A stretch of 64,000 nt of DNA, from NCBI GenBank assembly GCA_045542575.1, contig JAZQLG010000039.1, positions 38,716 through 102,715 on the forward strand, read 5' to 3'. The number at the start of each line of letters is the position of its first letter. Position 1 is the stretch's first letter. The notes beneath the pieces are model-generated. The model made no database searches. It was not told where the DNA came from and was given only the letters and a program-made list of their open reading frames with translations. This DNA is from Faecousia sp. (GTDB taxonomy: Bacteria; Bacillota; Clostridia; Oscillospirales; Oscillospiraceae). Position numbers and translations under genes: made by a program. Positions 61,066 to 64,000 of the stretch are shown here, in pieces.

Positions 61066-62259
61066 ATGCGTAGATTCTTAGGAGTCCTGCTGACTGTTTT
61101 TATAATATTGTCAATGGCTGCCTGTCAGCCGCCTTCGGAGAACAGCGTGCAATCAACCCCTGCCCCTACCCCACCACCAACAGCTGACACAGGTGCCGTT
61201 GATGTTCCCCTGCACATATTCTATGGCATAAGTGTTCCCGGAGAAACAGAGTATCTGCTGCACGAAGATGGGACCGTACTTTTTGAATATGCGTATCAGC
61301 ATATGCAGCTTCACATCGCCGATCAAAATATTGCCGACAGGATTACTCTTGATTTTCTGACACGTGTGGACAAAACAAGAGCAAATGCAGATATCGTCGC
61401 TCAGCAGGCAAAGGATAGTTACGACGGGAACACCGGTTGGTTGCCCTATAAATATCATATCTATTACAGCCCCACTCGCATCGATCACGGCATAGTCAGC
61501 TTGTTCGGAACACGCACCACATATACCGGTGGATTGCACCCGGATCAAAGTGGTCTTTCTGTCAGCTACGACATTGCAAATGGCGAGTATCTAACTCTTG
61601 GCAGCATCCTCAAGCATGTCGACAATAAGGAAGACATTTGCGAACTTGTTTTGGAAAAGCTTGAATCGCTTGATTTCCAGTATTCCCTATTTGATGGATA
61701 TGAGGAAGTTGTAAAAGAACGGTTTATGACAGATGAAAGCACAGACGAGGCATTCTACTTCACAAATAACGGTTTGTGCTTTTATTTTGCGCCATATGAG
61801 CTTGCTCCATTCTCAACGGGCATTATTTCTGTTGAGCTGCTCTATAGCGAGCTGCCAGGCATATTGAACGACGCCTATTTCCCGGACGAATACCAACCAA
61901 CTGCCGGCACGCTTCTTGTGAAAAGCACTGATGCTGCAGATATGGAAGGGTTTACACAGCTGATTGATATGGTGCTTCATCCCCAAGGTGAGCAGGTCCT
62001 TCTGTATTCTGATAAGACAATTAAAAATCTGTCCATTACCTGCGGCAGTTGGACACCTGACGGATTGTATTTTATGCCCGAATATGTCGTTTTCAATTCC
62101 ACAGGTGTCAGTGCGGACAAGGCTATTGTGATCAGAATGGAGATTCCGGAAATACTGCCCAATCTAATGGTATCTTACGAAACCGCCAATGGAATGGATA
62201 ACTATTATATCTCCAAGAACAGGGATGACGGCTCCATCATCCTGCTCCCAATTGAATAA
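61066..62259 (+). CDS. Lipoprotein with DUF4163/DUF3298 (RsiV/PdaC-like) domain
   Basis: MAAC lipobox, YTGGLHP and FYFTNNGLCFYFAPYELAP motifs. Confidence 0.8.
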   Translation: MRRFLGVLLTVFIILSMAACQPPSENSVQSTPAPTPPPTADTGAVDVPLHIFYGISVPGETEYLLHEDGTVLFEYAYQHMQLHIADQNIADRITLDFLTRVDKTRANADIVAQQAKDSYDGNTGWLPYKYHIYYSPTRIDHGIVSLFGTRTTYTGGLHPDQSGLSVSYDIANGEYLTLGSILKHVDNKEDICELVLEKLESLDFQYSLFDGYEEVVKERFMTDESTDEAFYFTNNGLCFYFAPYELAPFSTGIISVELLYSELPGILNDAYFPDEYQPTAGTLLVKSTDAADMEGFTQLIDMVLHPQGEQVLLYSDKTIKNLSITCGSWTPDGLYFMPEYVVFNSTGVSADKAIVIRMEIPEILPNLMVSYETANGMDNYYISKNRDDGSIILLPIE

Positions 62260-62263
62260 CACT

Positions 62264-62304
62264 CCCCCACGGCATTTCAGCATTTATGCCGTGGGGTTTC
62301 CTTT
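62264..62304. terminator. Hairpin between convergent genes
   Basis: CCCCACGGCAT/ATGCCGTGGGG inverted repeat. Confidence 0.65.
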
Positions 62305-63651
62305 ATTCTTTATCATAGATTTGTATTCCTCCGTCAATATGCGCAGTTTAGGTGACAAGCCAATTAATGCTATCAAATTCGGTATTGCCATTAATCCGTT
62401 TACAAGCTCCGCAAGAAGCCAAACTGCGCCAGTCCCCATGACCGCCCCAATAATGACCGTCAAGGATTGCAGGCAAGCAAAGGCCTTCCAGGACTTCGGA
62501 CCAAACAGAAATTTTGCGCAGCAAAGCCCATAATAGCCCCAACCAAATATCGTAGCCACAGCAAAAGCGCACAAACAAATTGCCAGTGGAATACTGATCC
62601 AACTGCCGCAAACTGCAGTGAATGCTTCGATGGTTACATAGGGGCCATATTCTGCTCCGTAAGGAATCGAAATGCCGCTTGTTAATATTACCAGGGCAGT
62701 CAGTGTACAGATGACTATGGTGTCCAGGAACACTTCCATAATGCCCATAAGCCCCTGTTGACACGGATGACGCACATCAGCACCTGCGTGGGCGATCGCT
62801 GCCGTTCCCATACCGGCTTCATTTGTAAATACTCCCCTTGCCGCACCGGTCCGCAACGCAATGAAGAAGGAGCCCACCGCTCCACCTGTGATTGCCTTTG
62901 GATCGAATGCGCCCTCCATTATGCTTTTAAATGCATATGGGATATTTTCTCTGCACATAAAAATTAACCACAATGCCAGCAGAATATAAAACAAAGAAGC
63001 AAATGGAACGAGATTTTCAGCAAGTTTTCCTATTCTATCCGCTCCGCCAAGCAATGTGCGTGCAACTATCAGACATAGCAGCACCCCAATTATCCAATTC
63101 CAGTAAGGCTGCATATTTATGCCGATTGCTTCAGCACCACTTCGTATGCCACCAATAACAGCATTTACCTGTGTGGCATTCCCAACGCCCAATGCCGCAA
63201 TGACCCCAAAGAAGCAATATACTATACCGAGGAAATGCCATCTTCTATGTAGGCCGTTCAGAATCATATACATCGGGCCACCGCTTCCGTCATGCATACG
63301 ATAACGCACAGCCAGAGTTGCCTCCGCATACTTTGTCGCCATCCCTAAAAAGGCACTGAGCCACATCCAAAAAACAGCCCCCGGTCCTCCAAGCGTAATG
63401 GCGCCTGCCACTCCGGCGATGTTTCCAGTTCCCACCGTTGCCGCCAAAGCGGTACAAAGTGCGCGATAGGACGACCTTCCCTTCTGTTCTTTACCGGGAA
63501 TACACTTATTGACAAATTCACGGAATGCATCAGGAAACAACGCCACCTGGGGAAACCCATTATGTACTGTCAAGTATATGCCAACACCCAATATCAGCAG
63601 AAGCGTTGGCACGCCCCACACAATACGGTTTAATTCCTCCAAAAAAGCCAT
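62284..63651 (-). CDS. Alanine/glycine:cation symporter (AGCS family)
   Basis: ALAATVGTGNIAGVA, GGPGAVFWMW, FTNEAGMG, DTIVIC, MAIPNL. Confidence 0.95.
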   Translation of the reverse strand: MAFLEELNRIVWGVPTLLLILGVGIYLTVHNGFPQVALFPDAFREFVNKCIPGKEQKGRSSYRALCTALAATVGTGNIAGVAGAITLGGPGAVFWMWLSAFLGMATKYAEATLAVRYRMHDGSGGPMYMILNGLHRRWHFLGIVYCFFGVIAALGVGNATQVNAVIGGIRSGAEAIGINMQPYWNWIIGVLLCLIVARTLLGGADRIGKLAENLVPFASLFYILLALWLIFMCRENIPYAFKSIMEGAFDPKAITGGAVGSFFIALRTGAARGVFTNEAGMGTAAIAHAGADVRHPCQQGLMGIMEVFLDTIVICTLTALVILTSGISIPYGAEYGPYVTIEAFTAVCGSWISIPLAICLCAFAVATIFGWGYYGLCCAKFLFGPKSWKAFACLQSLTVIIGAVMGTGAVWLLAELVNGLMAIPNLIALIGLSPKLRILTEEYKSMIKNKGNPTA

Positions 63652-63664
63652 AATTCACCCCAAG

Positions 63665-63696
63665 AAAAAAGCAGCTCTCTAACGAGAACTGCTTTC
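63665..63696 (-). terminator. Intrinsic terminator after the ArsC/Spx-like gene
   Basis: AAAGCAGTTCTC/GAGAGCTGCTTT followed by a T-run on the minus strand. Confidence 0.7.
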
Positions 63697-63700
63697 GTAA

Positions 63701-64000
63701 TTATTTCCATGTTTCCCAAATCTCAGGACAATAGCCAACAGTGACCTGCTTTCCGTTTCTAACGATCGGTGTGCGCATCAGCCCCGGATTGTCAAAAACC
63801 TTGTCTTCTTTGGCAGCAGGATCGTCCATATACCGCATCAAGGTGATCTGCTCTGATTTATTGCCCCAGTCAATCAGATTATCGATCCCACCAATGCCCC
63901 GAAGAACCGCATCGAATTCCTTGCCGGAAAGTCCGTAGCGGAGCAGGTCTACACTTTGAAACGGTATTCTTCGTTCCTTAAAATACCGCTCTGCTTTTTT
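63701..64000 (-). CDS. ArsC/Spx (arsenate reductase-family) protein, 3' part
   Basis: Not in the ORF track. Hand translation: KKAERYFKERRIPFQSVDLLRYGLS...NPGLMRTPIVRNGKQVTVGYCPEIWETWK. Confidence 0.85.
   Translation of the reverse strand, partial: KKAERYFKERRIPFQSVDLLRYGLSGKEFDAVLRGIGGIDNLIDWGNKSEQITLMRYMDDPAAKEDKVFDNPGLMRTPIVRNGKQVTVGYCPEIWETWK

Noticed and set aside
63652-63700. Glycine riboswitch upstream of the AGCS symporter
   Set aside because: The 49-bp gap holds only a terminator hairpin and RBS, with no room or motifs for an aptamer.

Overview
Core chromosomal segment of a spore-forming clostridial Firmicute; the gene content and protein style look like Oscillospiraceae/Ruminococcaceae (inference). 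It carries DNA repair and replication genes (uvrC 5' part, mutS2, recO, ligA, pcrA, family-4 UDG, exonuclease III, addBA, polA). Translation genes are era, ybeY, phoH, valS, pheST, cysS, rimI and tsaD; valS, pheST and cysS each have a T-box leader with the cognate specifier. Sporulation genes are yqfCD, ylbJ, yunB, spoIIAA-AB-sigF, spoVAD-AE, a DUF378 gene and a ydcC/gerS-like gene. There is also a two-component system with a GerMN-like lipoprotein and an 8-gene shikimate-to-Phe/Tyr operon. I found no rRNA, tRNA, CRISPR array or mobile element. Best find, absent from the ORF track: a 22-aa Tyr/Phe-rich leader peptide (46392-46460) with pause, antiterminator and terminator stems, i.e. a ribosome-mediated attenuator over the whole aro operon. 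Other candidates: a 49-aa micro-protein with 39 N/Q residues behind spoVAD-AE; a receptor pseudokinase with an FN3-type ectodomain divergently paired with a zinc-ribbon/Ig membrane protein; a MazF with no adjacent antitoxin in a sigma-E-type unit; and a DnaA-box cluster with no dnaA nearby. All calls come from reading motifs by eye; no database searches were run.
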